NCBI RefSeq assembly: GCF_001194135.2
Contig: NC_069005.1
Location: 33,145,553 to 33,209,552, forward strand
Direction of reading: 5' to 3'
Length of the DNA stretch: 64,000 nucleotides
From: Octopus bimaculoides
Taxonomy: Eukaryota
Shown here: positions 12,746-25,537 of the stretch, in pieces
How positions within the stretch are numbered: position 1 is the first letter of the stretch
How the letters are laid out: each line of letters begins with the position of its first letter
The notes under the pieces: model-generated
Told to the model about the DNA's origin: nothing
The model's database searches: none
The model's input: only the letters and a program-made list of their open reading frames with translations
Made by a program: the position numbers and the translations under genes

Positions 12746-13329
12746 CCTATCTTGTTTGGAGACTCTCTTGCTGTCGCAATCACTTTTTACATTTGGTCAG
12801 TCAATATTGATTGCAATTTTTTCACAGGTTTTCTAAGCACTCTTCTTAGTACTTCAAATCCAATTGACTGACCAGGGCTAAATGGTCAAGTTAATAATAA
12901 TATACTGGACAATGAGCTAGAAGTTGGTAATTTATATTCTGTCACCTGTATTATATTGTATCCTTGACCAGGACATTTAACTCCTCATAGCCCAGTCAAC
13001 CTAGCTACATTTAGGTACCGCAGTATAACTGCATGCAATTAAGTATAGCTATTTGTAGCATAGTCTTCAGTACAGTATCCTTGAGCAAGACACTTGACAT
13101 TTCTCGTTTTTTTTCCTCATTCCTTGGATTTTATCAACATATTTTTACAGAAAGGAAAACAAAGCATTAAAGGTATAAACGATCAAATTATAGCTTTATA
13201 TATAATTCAGTCTACACATTGACTGATTTGCTCTAGTAGATCACCCTAGTGGATCAAATTAATTAATGAAGCATTAGTGGGAGACAATTACAATACAAAG
13301 ACACATATATACATACACATTATCTACCT

Positions 13330-13670
13330 CTGCTTGACAACTAGTGTTTGTTTGTTTATGTCCCTATAACTTAACAGTTTGGTAAAAAAAAAAATAAGCA
13401 AAAAGGCTGTTAGAAGAAGTGAATAAGTACCAGGCTTTATAACCAAAAAAGTCCTGGGGTTGATTTGTTCAGCCAAACCTTTCAAGGTGGTACCCTAGCA
13501 TGGCTGCAGTGAGTTAAAGAAGATAGAAGATGAGAGATGCACGCATGCCCTACTGTTTATCAAATTTCAACCATAAGAACAATGTGATATTAGAAACACT
13601 TGCCTAAGGTGCTGTGTCATGGGCCTGAACCCACAACCACATTATTGCAAAGCATACATCGAAATGAAAC
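13330..13670. mobile_element. SINE family B fragments (+ strand 3' part 13330-13530; - strand 5' part 13540-13670)
   Basis: Homology by eye to 2454-2805. Confidence 0.65.
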
Positions 13671-13774
13671 AGCTACACCTGTTCTGATAGGTGAGGAGAG
13701 TTTTGTGGATGGTGTTAGGATATTATGATTCTTAATGCCATGAAAACTCCAGATTAGACACAAAATGTGTGCAA

Positions 13775-13823
<49 letters not shown>

Positions 13824-14388
13824 CATAGACACACATAAACACGCATACACACACACATACAGAAACTGTTCTATTTTCTTTGTTCTTCTGTGAAATAAAA
13901 ATCAATTTGAAAATGAGTTGTCGAATAGATATGGTTATATTAAAGTAATTAACTGATAATGAGGAAGTTTTCCGAAATATTAGGCTGGGAATAATCCCAG
14001 TTAATTATCCACTTAGCTTCTGCTTCCCTTTTTCCCCTCCCAATTTCTTATCCATGAATTGAATACTCCCAAGGTAATGTGTGATATCTAGTTTGCTCGC
14101 CTCACCCACTCACCTTCGTCGTCATTTTAATATTGTTTATAGCCTTGGCTACTCCTCTCCCTTCTCTCTTTCTCTCTTTTGTTTATTATTGATGAAATAG
14201 TATCAATTAACCATCGAGAAAACTGCTCCACTTCAAATATATATTTAATTAAAATGTGTGTATGTATGTATGTATATATATATGTATTGTGTGTGTTGTG
14301 ATTTCCGTGTATACACCGTGAAGTGTTCAATACATGTAGGTAATAAAATGTATACATTGTGTGTGTATGTGCAGGTAATATTGTAGTT

Positions 14389-14454
<66 letters not shown>

Positions 14455-15239
14455 TATATGTCAGTAATCCTCACTGGATTTAAAGCAGTATATGTATATC
14501 CACATAGAGGGCAGCATATCAGCTGGTTATTGGGTGTCTATGAAGTTATCTATCATTTTCATGCCATAATCAGGTAAGATAATATACAGGTGAAAGTTTA
14601 TAGGAGTTAATTAGACAGATCTCTTTGTTCATAGGCCTTTTTGGTGTAACTCCTAACATAGTTGACTTGGACGCAACAGTTATGTGGTTTAATTTCTTTG
14701 AGAGATCTGTTCACTTTAATGTCTCAAGGCACACTTGTAATTTTTTTTTAATACATAATTACATATTACATTGCTGCATGGTAAGAGGTTTGTTAGGCAC
14801 AGTTGTGGCTATACATGCATAAATATATTATGTATTTAAATATGTACATACATAATTCTAGTCTTCCGTAAATTGTTATCCTATGGCATGTAATAACAAA
14901 ACCTTAAGTGGAAGGCTTTAGTGCCAAGATTGGAACTTTTATGAAATAAAATCATCAAAACTTTGTTTATTCAAATCCAGTCTAAAAAATTGTGTTCCCT
15001 TTACGGTTAAGTAGTCTCATAATTTTTTGGGTAAGAATGAGCAAGTTTTGAGATATAAATCAGTAAATCAGCAAATTCCTCAATGATGACAGCTGAAAAT
15101 TTCTGGATATTGGCGACGTTGCATTGGTGCAGCAAGAATGAGCATTGAGGATGAGAGAAGCATCTGACCCAGGGTGGCAACATCTGACTTAAGAAAGCTT
15201 GTGCTGTTATACAGGAGTTTTGTACCTACATCAATGGGT

Positions 15240-16090
15240 GACCCCAGGCAGCTCTGGTGTTGTAGTTGAAGGAGCCAAAACATCTAGAGGGCTGCTTTAC
15301 TGCCTGTTGAGACATCAGTCCTATATTTGGAGATGGAGTTTAGCAGCACCCTGAGTACACAAGTGTTTATCCTAGATGTCTCTGCAAGAACTCAGGAACT
15401 GTCAAGGCAGGAAATATTGGAGGCCATTCCCAAAATATTCCTCGGCGTCCTATCCACCAACTTAAATTCATGTTGTAACCATGCACCAGTGATGCTGGCT
15501 CCCTTTTTTACCAAGAAATGTATGAACCACTGTCAAGTAATGTAAGGAATCCAGATCAGAAGTCATCAGTAAACAGCTGGATATAATGATCAGCATTGCC
15601 AGTGCTGGAAAAAAAAAAAAAAATGAAAGATCGAGTTACATTGGAACGGTCCAAATACACAATCTGAGACTAACCAAGCACCATCATTTTATGTTGGTTT
15701 TCATCAGAAGTTTTATCTACAGTATAAATCATTCGGTTGTGTTGATTGATGGATGCCTCCCTCGACATGAAATGTTGCCTCATCTGGCCAAATAATGTGA
15801 TCGATAAGCTAAGGATTGTTTCAAAAGAATTTCACCATTTCCTTGCAGAAGCTCAATGCTGAAAATCATCTTTATTTCCTGTTTATATGTGTCTGTGTTA
15901 CAGCAAGGTTTGGCTGATATCCAGCTTTAATGAGCCGTGTTGCATAAAAGATGTTTACAGCGTTGGCTGACATTGTCTTCTGTCCTAACTGACACTGGCC
16001 AACCAAGAACATGGTAATCATTAAACTGAGTCTGTACTCTCCTACTTACGAACCACATCAATCTTTCTTCTCATTGGTTGATCACCTCTG
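15240..16090 (-). mobile_element. Decayed Tc1/mariner-superfamily transposase (pseudogenised)
   Basis: Minus-strand translation across stops/frameshifts gives GWPVSVRTEDNV (HTH-proximal), LSFCKEM...LIDHIIWPDEATFHVEG (first catalytic D; ~15764-15796), SDCVFGPF, WWIGRRGIFWEWPPIFPALT (~15419-15459; cf. WIGRRG..EWPPRSPDLTP). No TIRs identified. Confidence 0.85.
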
Positions 16091-16469
16091 AACTTCTTTC
16101 TCTATTATTGTTGAATTGAAATTGGTTATGGAAATAAGATATTTTTGCTTAACCAGTCTCACACATTTGGGAATACTGTCAATCAATTTACAAATATTTC
16201 TAAAATAAAAATGTGTATATATAAACTGCACTTACTTAGTATTAAACTAACTCTGGTGGGGACTATTACAACTCAATAGTTATTTTACAGTGTTATCATA
16301 AAACTACTCCTGATAGATTCCATGTCTATGCAGTCTTCTCTTACTAGTTCTGCTCATTGGACTTTGACTATGCTGTAGTTCTTAACTTGAAGAATTTTAT
16401 CAATCAAATTGACCTCATAAATCTGCTACTTATTCTGATAATTCTCATTCCACTGAATTGCTAACTTGT

Positions 16470-16670
16470 GGGGATGTAAACAAACCTACACAGTTGTAGA
16501 GCATCAAGGAATAAACACACATGCACACATACACACATGATAGGCTTGTGATAACTTCTGTCTACGAAATTCATTCATAAAGGCATCGGTCAATCCAGGA
16601 ATATAATAGTAGCCACTTGTCCAAGATGCCACGGAGTGGGATACATCCGTAAAGTAAACTTCTTAACCAC
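16470..16670 (-). mobile_element. SINE family B fragment
   Basis: acttgtccaagatgccacggagtggga, reverse complement of the CORE-like segment. Confidence 0.65.
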
Positions 16671-16685
16671 ACAGTTGTACTTTCA

Positions 16686-16732
<47 letters not shown>

Positions 16733-17124
16733 AGAATCAGCTGATGATTCACTCCTAATTATGGCTGTGTGTATGTCTGGTGTCCTTGCTTGACTTGTGT
16801 AGTGTTTGCCTGTATTTAAATAAAATGTTAACTTGATGATAATGGCCAGAGTTAAATCAGTAAATTATTCCTAACAAATATAACTCTACAGCATTTATTG
16901 AATATTTTCTTCTTTCTAGACAAAGTGTGTGTGTGTGTGTGTGTTTTTATTGAGTGTGACTTCTATGTTTTTTCATGCATGTGGCATATTCAAACTGAAT
17001 AAGCCAGCAAAATTACGAAATTACTGTCTATTAAATTATTTTAAATATTACACTCTATATTTGTATTGAGTCCTTTATTCAGTTAATGTTTGTTGATACT
17101 GTTTATAAAAACATTTATTTTAAC

Positions 17125-17165
<41 letters not shown>

Positions 17166-17168
17166 CTG

Positions 17169-17207
<39 letters not shown>

Positions 17208-17736
17208 ATAAAATCTTCAAAGAATATTCTGTGCATTTTGTGTGTGGTCTTTTTGATTGCTAATTTGTGCAAAATTAAGAGTTATTTAATATATTTTTCC
17301 CTTAAGAAACCCAATTCATATTTTTAAACATCAAAAGCCAATAAATTTTTTTTCAAAAATCTCATTTTATTTGATATAACTTTTTAACAGTATTATATTA
17401 ATTTAAACAGTTTTCAATTTCCATTAATTTGTGCATGGTGTTGGATTTTTTTTACAAACATTATTTTAAATGGTTTCTAATGATTTTGTCGTCAATTTTT
17501 ACTAAAAGTCTTACTTACAGAATGGAATACTTAGAACTACAGTAGCAAATCATGATTTCTCCTATGGAGTAACTATGATCCTGATATCAAATAGGATTTT
17601 AAAAACATTAGTTGTTAATTAGGAATTAAATATTGGTTTCTTGTCATCCTCTCTCAATAGAAAATTTTATAATTTGAGATACAATTGATTACATTAGTCC
17701 TGCTATAAAACTGGTACTTAGTACTGAACCAGTAAG

Positions 17737-17950
17737 AGAGTCCCTGTGTGGTTGCACGACCTGCTAGAAATAGTAGCTAATTTTCTCGTTAATCACACAG
17801 CCTTTCTACTTAAAATAAAAGGTAGAATGTATTGGATCCTTCCGACACTATGTCTGAATAAAAGACAAGACAGTGACAACTGGAACATCTTTAATCGAAG
17901 GAATATCTTTTGATCATTGGTCTGCTGCATTAGAATTTACTTTGGTATAA
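17737..17950 (+). mobile_element. Short interspersed repeat family D
   Basis: gtgtggttgcacgacctgctagaaatag...atcacac...ttgatcat.ggtctgct; homologous copies at ~29705-29935(-), 41785-41925(-), 43575-43775(+), 47243-47445(+), 48955-49040(-), 49160-49347(-), 58930-59050(-), 60555-60735(+). Confidence 0.75.
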
Positions 17951-18457
17951 TAAAGCAACAAATGGATCTCTCTCTCTCTCCCCCCCCCTCCCTTAGAAAT
18001 TCTCTTTGCAGCTACATAGTTTGTGTTTAATCTTACTGCATGAATCCTTGGACAAGTGTTTTTATCATAGCCTTGGTCGTTTTAAACCTTGTTAGTAACA
18101 CCACTTGGTAAATGGAAGCTGTACTGTAGTCTCTTTCTCTCTTGTTTGCATCTGACAGATGTAAATATCCACAAAAAAAAAAAAAAAAAGAATTGTGCTG
18201 CTGTGTTTCATGAATGATGTCCCTTAAGTTATGTTAAAGACTACATTGTCACTGTCACCAACAGGAACGCAATGGAGCAGTGATTGACATGTAGGTAATT
18301 TGTAAGCAAAGATGCCATTGTTGACCACCAACTGAGGTATAAAATAAATAATAACCGTTCTGGATTTTGAATTCTGAAACAAAAACCAGTTGAAAAATTA
18401 ATCACATTTTACACAGTAGTTAGTGTCTCCAATATCCTTGATTAAATAACTACAACG

Positions 18458-18690
18458 TCATTTAACGTCCATTTTCCATGCTGGCATGGGTTGGACAGTT
18501 TGACAGGAGCTGGCAATCTGGAGAGTGACACCAGGTTCCATCTGTCTGTTTTGGCATGGTTTCTATGGCTGCACGCCTTTCCTAACACCAGCCGCTTTAC
18601 AGAGTGTACTCGTTATGTGGCACCTGCACAAGTGCTTTGTATGTGCTACTGGCACATGTTCTGGAAATTTTCTTATGGGATTTGATCTCA
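18458..18690 (-). mobile_element. Family C repeat copy
   Basis: tcatttaacgtccattttccatgctggcatgggttggacag...ttctatggctgcacgcctttcctaacacc. Confidence 0.8.
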
Positions 18691-20019
18691 GAAACACAAA
18701 TCATTGAAGCAGATTATACCACAAAGCATTTAGTCAGTATCTCTATTTTCTTGATCTGATTCTATCTCCTCCCTCCCCCCCTCTCCACTTGTTTCGGTGT
18801 TTCAGTAATGGAAGTAGATTAACAAGAAGAGTGCTAATGGTGTAGAATATTAATAACTAGAATTGCAATACATTCACACCAAATAAAGCAGTAATTGTTG
18901 CAGATAACACACTGTTGAGGATTGCTAATTCTTCAGCATTCATTTCTGTAATTGTGCAACTGCTGCAAGCTTTATGGAGTTGAAAACAACAGCTTAGAAC
19001 TGCAATTAATATCGCAATATTAATTTTGATGTCTCTTTATTGTCATGGAGATGTGAGAGATTTTTAAGGTCTCTCTATTAAAGTCAGCCTGTGTAAGACG
19101 AGTTTGTGGTGGCTAAGAAAGAATAACCCAGAAACAACGACAAAGGAGCACATCTCTGTGATGTCATCGTTATCAATGTCGTTGTGAGAGGCTTAATTAA
19201 TCAGTGATTGCAAAAAAAAAAAAAACATTTCGAGGGAACTGACATGTAACACTATTCTTCAAATAAGAATTATTTCTTCTTCTATTTGATTCTGTGGAAA
19301 TGTTTCAGGCTATGTAGCACTGGTAATGGGATGTGAGACAAAGAGTGACTTGATGTTTAAATTAAGATGATTGATTTTGCTTTTAAATCTCTATTGATCT
19401 AATAAATTCAATCACAATAATGATGATCAAGTCTTTTAATAAGTCATTTTCCCCATATGAATTAATTAATATATTTAATATTTAATTTTTGTATTAGAGT
19501 TGAATTTAAATGAATTTCACTGGTTATNNNNNNNNNNNNNNNNNNNNNNNNNNNNNNNNNNNNNNNNNNNNNNNNNNNNNNNNNNNNNNNNNNNNNNNNN
19601 NNNNNNNNNNNNNNNNNNNNNNNNNNNNNNNNNNNNNNNNNNNNNNNNNNNNNNNNNNNNNNNNNNNNNNNNNNNNNNNNNNNNNNNNNNNNNNNNNNNN
19701 NNNNNNNNNNNNNNNNNNNNNNNNNNNNNNNNNNNNNNNNNNNNNNNNNNNNNNNNGCTATATTTTGCTTATTCTTCTTATTTTCATATAAACACATCCA
19801 GATATCAGACTTAAAAAAAAAATGAGCACTAGGGTTGATTTCTTCAACTAAACTCTTCAAGATGGGGCCCCATCATCTTCGCAGTCTCATGACTGAAACA
19901 AGTAAAAGATGAAAAGATAAATAAATTCAAAATTCTGAAAGGGGTTATGAAGCAGACTTATACAATCATTAGTTATTTTTTTTTTTTTTGTTTCTAAAAA
20001 TTCTGTTTGTCTCTTGCAG

Positions 20020-20146
20020 GTTGTTGGTATGGTTGATGCAATGGAAGCTCCGCAAACATTTCCAGGCGGAAGTGAAAGTTGGCTGGACAAGTATTTTCAA
20101 TTTCGGCAAAGTCTATCTTAAATTACCAAAGCAAGGACTCCGCGTG
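20020..20146 (+). CDS. BLTP2: Internal coding exon (exon 2-like) of bridge-like lipid transfer protein BLTP2/KIAA0100/hobbit
   Basis: Pyrimidine tract ...ttctgtttgtctcttgcAG|G, donor GTG|gtaggt; 127 nt, phase 2 to 0. Peptide (R)LLVWLMQWKLRKHFQAEVKVGWTSIFNFGKVYLKLPKQGLRV aligns by eye to human KIAA0100 as recalled, [44 protein letters not shown] (QAE-K-G, V-LK, terminal V). Confidence 0.8.
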
Positions 20147-20418
20147 GTAGGTTATTTCTCTTTTCTCTGTTCGAATTTCTGTTTATTTGGCTTTACTTTT
20201 TACTTGTTCCCCCCCACCCTTTTTTTTTAGACACAGGCCATGAAACATCGTTACCTTCATATGTAAAATCAAACTTATACACAAGGTATGTGTTGTTAGT
20301 TTGTGGGTTGGCTGCAGTTTTCAGGTGGAAGAGATATTCTCTATGCACCAGGGTGGAGTGAAAAAGGTACTTTTTTCACAGACTTTCGAAATGTGTTTTC
20401 AAGAATATATCTTTTATT

Positions 20419-20740
20419 GCGAAATCCTTTAAAAACAACTGTGCTAAAATCTGAAGTTCTTAAATTTACATCTTCAGGCTCCGTAGCGCACTCAGAATTT
20501 TGAATAATGAGTGAAAAATTAATTTATTACACATTTGCTGTTCCTCATTTTATTTTGTACATTCGTTGTTACGAATTGATTTTCTTTAGCGAAATCCTTT
20601 AAAAACACAAGAGTGTTAAAATCTCAAGCTCTATAATTTATATCTTGAGGCTCTGCAATACACTTGAAATTTCAAAATTATGTGAAATAAATAGACTTTT
20701 TGACTTTGTTTTCTTTATTATTTTTAATACTAGGTCACCG
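20419..20740. repeat. Diverged ~170-bp tandem duplication
   Basis: gcgaaatcctttaaaaaca at 20419 and 20589, followed by colinear aaaatct.aag.tct...tttac/tatctt.aggctc.g. Confidence 0.75.
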
Positions 20741-21072
20741 AATATATGTGTTACATGAGGTCTAGATTACACATGCATTAAAAAATTGTCAAGATTGTAG
20801 CAGAAAAGATAGTTCTTCTCAGGCAAAAGGCTAGTCAAATCGTGTCCATCTTAGTAGAAACTGATGGATAAAGAAATCAAGCTACATAAACAAATGGCAG
20901 CAAAACCGTTCAGAAATTAAATAACACTAACATATTCAGTAACAATAATGAATTTGATTTATCCTCAACAATTTTTAGTTTCACCAATTTTGAATATATT
21001 GTTCCTGTTTAAAACCTCTTACCTACTTGACAATTGCATTTCTAGCTCTGCCTTGAAGGAAGCTTTACTTCT

Positions 21073-21165
21073 TGGACTCAAGTTTTTGTGTGCAACAATG
21101 TTGTTAAACCTCCGTTAACAGCACCATATGCAGGTCCTTTCCGTTTTCTTTCACACACGGATAAA
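21073..21165 (+). mobile_element. Ty3/Gypsy LTR-retrotransposon integrase C-terminal remnant
   Basis: Translates WTQVFVCNNVVKPPLTAPYAGPFRFLSHTDK, matching the Gypsy integrase motif HVF+R.D.V+.PL..PY.GPF+V+.R..K. Confidence 0.7.
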
Positions 21166-21669
21166 TAAGTTGGTAGAAAGTAGATTGTAGAATGAATATC
21201 TTATGATAGGGAGTGGAAACCCAGCAGTTTTATTTTTCCAAGAGGGATGTCATAAAGCGATAAGCCTGATGGCTAACAAAAGGATCTGCTTTAGTTGTGT
21301 GAATGATTTGCTTTGACATGGAATGTTGTTTTGAATTTGGTTCCACTAAAACATGTGTCAAATTAATATCAGGATGACCTGATGAAATATGTACTCTGGG
21401 GTCCCCTCTTTATGTATCTGCCTCTCACTCTTCTCCTCACTCTCTCTCTCTATTATGCACACACGTACGCATGCACGCATGCACACGCACACTTCCTATG
21501 TCTCTGTTTCATAAACATAATTACAAAAACAATTTTATACTCAAACAATTACAGATGTAGCACACAACCCACACAACCAGACAAACTGTCAAAATACACA
21601 CACTTGCACATACACACTCATTTACTCACCACTCACTCTTTTACCCCCTCCCTTCACTCACTCACTGAC

Positions 21670-21734
<65 letters not shown>

Positions 21735-21849
21735 TTATATATACCAATTAACAAATCTATTGTGCTAGGCACCATTCACCCATTATATTGTTACAGAGGA
21801 ATGTATATTCAGTTGCTTATAATGAAATTATGTAATAGGACTTTAGGAG

Positions 21850-22345
21850 GTTAGACATGGAGAGACTCTCATGGCACCTGGCATTGTGATATATGGTGAC
21901 TGCTTTTGATCTTCTGTGAGCAAGTGAGGCACAACTTTTTCTGCAACTCTTTTGCCGGTCAGCAGACTGATGCCTGAGGATCGCATCAAGTGGCTTCTAA
22001 TGGCGGAATCCTGAACTGCAATGGGTTTGTCCCACAGAGAACGTTTCCGGTTATTTTGGGGTACCCCTTCGTATGTCATAACCAACTGAGTTAACAATGT
22101 TGGGCTCGGGTTAAGGTGACCTCACTAGCGCTGGGACCAGGATAAAATTCACCTGTTACACACTATGTAAAGTGGTTAGTGAAGTGAGCAGACATTGTAG
22201 GGTTGAGAGGACCCTTTAGTCTTGTCAAGTACACTTTTGTAAAGTGGTTAGTGTGAGAAAGGTTATCCAGCTGTAGAAATGAGATCTCTGAATGAGATAT
22301 GGCCCAACCCAAGCCAGCATAGAAAACAACAACAACAATAATGAT
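21850..22345 (+). mobile_element. Probable decayed RTE 3' region with tail
   Basis: RLMPEDRIKWLLMAE (cf. RM.++R+PK.+L); ends in cccaacccaagccagcatagaaaac + (AAC/GAT)n, like the family-C tail. Confidence 0.4.
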
Positions 22346-23290
22346 GTTGATGACATTTGGTTTCATTTTATTTCTCCCTTCTAGTATTTAAGTTATAGTT
22401 TATAGTGTGTTACGTTATTTATTAGGAGACAGACAGACAGAGAGCCACTACTGTTTGAATTGTAGGATCCTCTGCAGTTTAGGTTTAGTCAGAAGTATGA
22501 CATTAGTCCTTCGTTTATACATGCTGTTAGCCAAATTAATTGCAATTTTTAAATTATTCATTTTATATTCTATTCAGATCCTTTCATGTATTAATTATGT
22601 GCGTGCTATTAATTATGTATGTATATAAAAAAAATCTGAGATTCAGTGATTTTATTGTTATAATATAATATTGATCTGAATATATAGCAGGAGATTGTTC
22701 AACTGTATTATCATAAGAATGACAATGATAGAGCAGTAATGTGTGATTATAACAACAATGGTCTTAATAATAATAATAATAATAATAATAATGATATAAG
22801 CATACTCCGTTTAAGTGACCGACATTCAACATGTTTTATTTAACAAGTCACTCTTGAAAACAAACAAATGGATGAACTTCATTTTAAAACGATAGAATAC
22901 TGTTGTTCTGCCAATGTTTAGCTCCACTTCAGCCCTAACTAAAGACATTCCAAACAATATATACCAAACTGAAAAAGCTAAGTACTGGAGTCAACTTGTT
23001 TGACTAAAACACTTTGAGGCAGTGCTCCAGCATGGCCATGATCCAGTGACTGAAACAAGTAATAAACCAAAAGTTAAAAAGAAGATAATTGAAGAAGAAA
23101 TAAATGAATAAATTGAAACTGATCTCTGGAATACTTCGTGTTCATTGTTTAGACCATTACGTAGAAGATCTGAAAGAAAATTGAGAGAGAGAGATAGAAG
23201 AGTGGTTGATTAAATATTTATTGTAATGTTATTAACAAACTTCACTTTTAGTAGATTTTGTTTCAATAAAATTTACTTTGATGTGGTATA

Positions 23291-23511
23291 CAATAATTCC
23301 TCGACTATCACGGGTGTTATGTCCCCCACTCCACCTGTGCGATAGGTGAAAATCCACAAAGTAGAAACAGTATTGTATATTTTTTAAAGTTATTTTTATA
23401 ATTTGTATATATCTATTTTATTATAAATGCAAAACAACACCACGGAGGAATCGACGTAAGCTTAAATAATAAACTGCGACAGGTAAACTGCGATATGGTG
23501 AGAGATTATTG
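23291..23511. mobile_element. Tigger/pogo-like MITE (221 bp)
   Basis: TA|caataattcctcgactatc ... gatatggtgagagattattg|TA: imperfect TIRs with TA target duplication. Confidence 0.7.
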
Positions 23512-23789
23512 TACTTTTTTTATTAGTTTCTGTCATTGGACTGGGGCCATATTGAGGTGCTGTATGCAAGGGTTTTAAGTCTATCATGTTGACCCCTGTA
23601 CTTATTTGACTCTAGTATACCTTCTATCAATACTTGTGTAGTGTCTAAATTCTTACCCTTTGTTTTCTGGTATAAAATGGATGTAACTGTGTATTGTGCT
23701 ACAGCAGTTTGTATACTTGTAATACACCTTCGCAGACATACACACACAGTATGCTGTATGCATACATGTATATGCCCACACAAACACAT

Positions 23790-23940
23790 ATATAAACAGC
23801 TAGCTTCCACACACTTTGTTTAACATAAGATAGTGGCCAACTCAGGGATACAGCAGAAGACACTTACCCAAAGGACTATGCTGTGGGGTCAAATCTAGAA
23901 CACTATAGTTGCAAAGGTAACTTCTTAGCCACATGTTTAT
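23790..23940 (-). mobile_element. SINE family B 5' fragment
   Basis: gaagacacttacccaaagg...aacttcttagccacat. Confidence 0.6.
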
Positions 23941-24259
23941 GCTTGCATTTTTTGTTTTGTTTTTGGTGTGACAGGAATAAAATCAAATCACTTGTATTCT
24001 CTAACTCTGTATCCCCAACGCAGTTAACCATGCCTCTCTCCCCTCTCTCTCTCTTCCTCTCTCCTTCTCTCTCTCTATATATATCCAGAACTGATGTCTA
24101 GGATTTGACTGTGTAGATTTCAATTTTCAACCACATTTTCTCACCCTTTCCCATGGTTACTTGCAATAAAAATGTCACAGCAACTAAAACCTTCACAGTT
24201 AGTTGTAAACTTTGATATAATCTTCAAACTTTTCAGCTATTTCTTTATTTCTCTTTCAG

Positions 24260-24312
24260 GAAATTGAAAACATTGGTTTAACCAGTTATATTCTGAGCCC
24301 TCGCACAATTAG
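24260..24312 (+). CDS. BLTP2: Internal coding exon (exon 3-like) of BLTP2/KIAA0100
   Basis: Acceptor ttctttatttctctttcAG|, donor AG|gtaaga; 53 nt, phase 0 to 2, joins in frame to the previous exon. Peptide EIENIGLTSYILSPRTI(R) vs recalled human EIDNLWISSKLLSHDLP(H), same length. Confidence 0.75.
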
Positions 24313-25537
24313 GTAAGATGCTTCTTAAAGAACACTACAAGTTCCACTTTGATGTAGAATTATGTACACATTAGTTGATCATTACACTGATTAAGTATCT
24401 AAATATCCAAACAGAGAATTTAAAATGGTCTTATTGTTGGTCAAATTCACAATACGTTAGATATCAAGAAAGTTCATTGATGACTTTGATTAGTTTAATT
24501 GCTCTGGTGAGTAAAGAATCTTGTGTTTCGAGGTGGGGATGGGGATCTTTGTTCTTCATTGGATAATGAAGAAGTGAGAGAGAGAGATGTTACCATTATG
24601 GTTGTAAGTTTCTTCCACACTAAAAATGGCTGAGCTTGGTGGGAGTGGGGAAGAAAGAAAAAAAAAAGACACTAGATTCTTTATTCTTTGTAACAATTGA
24701 ACTTCACCAAGTTTTCTATGAACTCTTCTCTGAAGACCATCCTACGTTCCTCAGAGACTACATTTCACCCCATTTAGACATTACAATGTCTGTATTTCAT
24801 ATTTAAAAAGAGAAATTTCTACTGTTTTATAATGTTGACAGACATTACCATGTACAATGACACTGATATGACAGTTTTCCTGCCCCTGCATATGTGCATG
24901 CATGTGTATGTGTGTGTACATGTGTGTGTATGTATGCATACGTGTGTGTGTGTGTGCATGTGTGATAGGGTTGCTCTATCATCTTGTTTAACCCTTTTCA
25001 GTTTTCCAAATTCTATCATATCATAACTGTAATGGGGAAAAAAAGGGTCTTTTTTAACCCACTGTTCATATGCCATTATTTATAGCTTTATCTGCTTCGA
25101 GATTCACTGTTCTCAAAAGAATTGTTTCATGTTCTCAAAGTTTATAAATTCTTATGATGCCATTGATGCTTTTTTTGATTGCGTAAGTTTTGTCTTAGAC
25201 TTAATTGCTTAACTTCTTTAATATGTAATATATATAAAAAATAAATCCATATAAACATAATCTTTAAATCCAGACTATAACAGGTTAGGGTGTTAAAAAG
25301 TGACCTGATGATTGCCATTGGCTGTGCACATTGTGTGGTGTTGTCAATCACTGTAGGAAATATATGATTAGTTTAATTACAAACGGAGATGTCAGAGTTG
25401 GTGGTACCTTAAATGGAAGAATCAAAAGCAAAGGTTTTGTGTACCGACTCCACAGCTATAAACCTGATTAACATCAACTCGTTGTAAATGGGTGGAGCAG
25501 AGGAAGCACTGTAAAATTGATGAGTGTTTTCTTTTAA

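Noticed and set aside
24375-24506. ORF LIITLIKYLNIQTENLK...LIAL with a GTGAGT donor as BLTP2 exon 4
   Set aside because: Superficial similarity only. Its acceptor would be phase 0 whereas exon 3 ends in phase 2; the intron would be only 62 nt with no pyrimidine tract.
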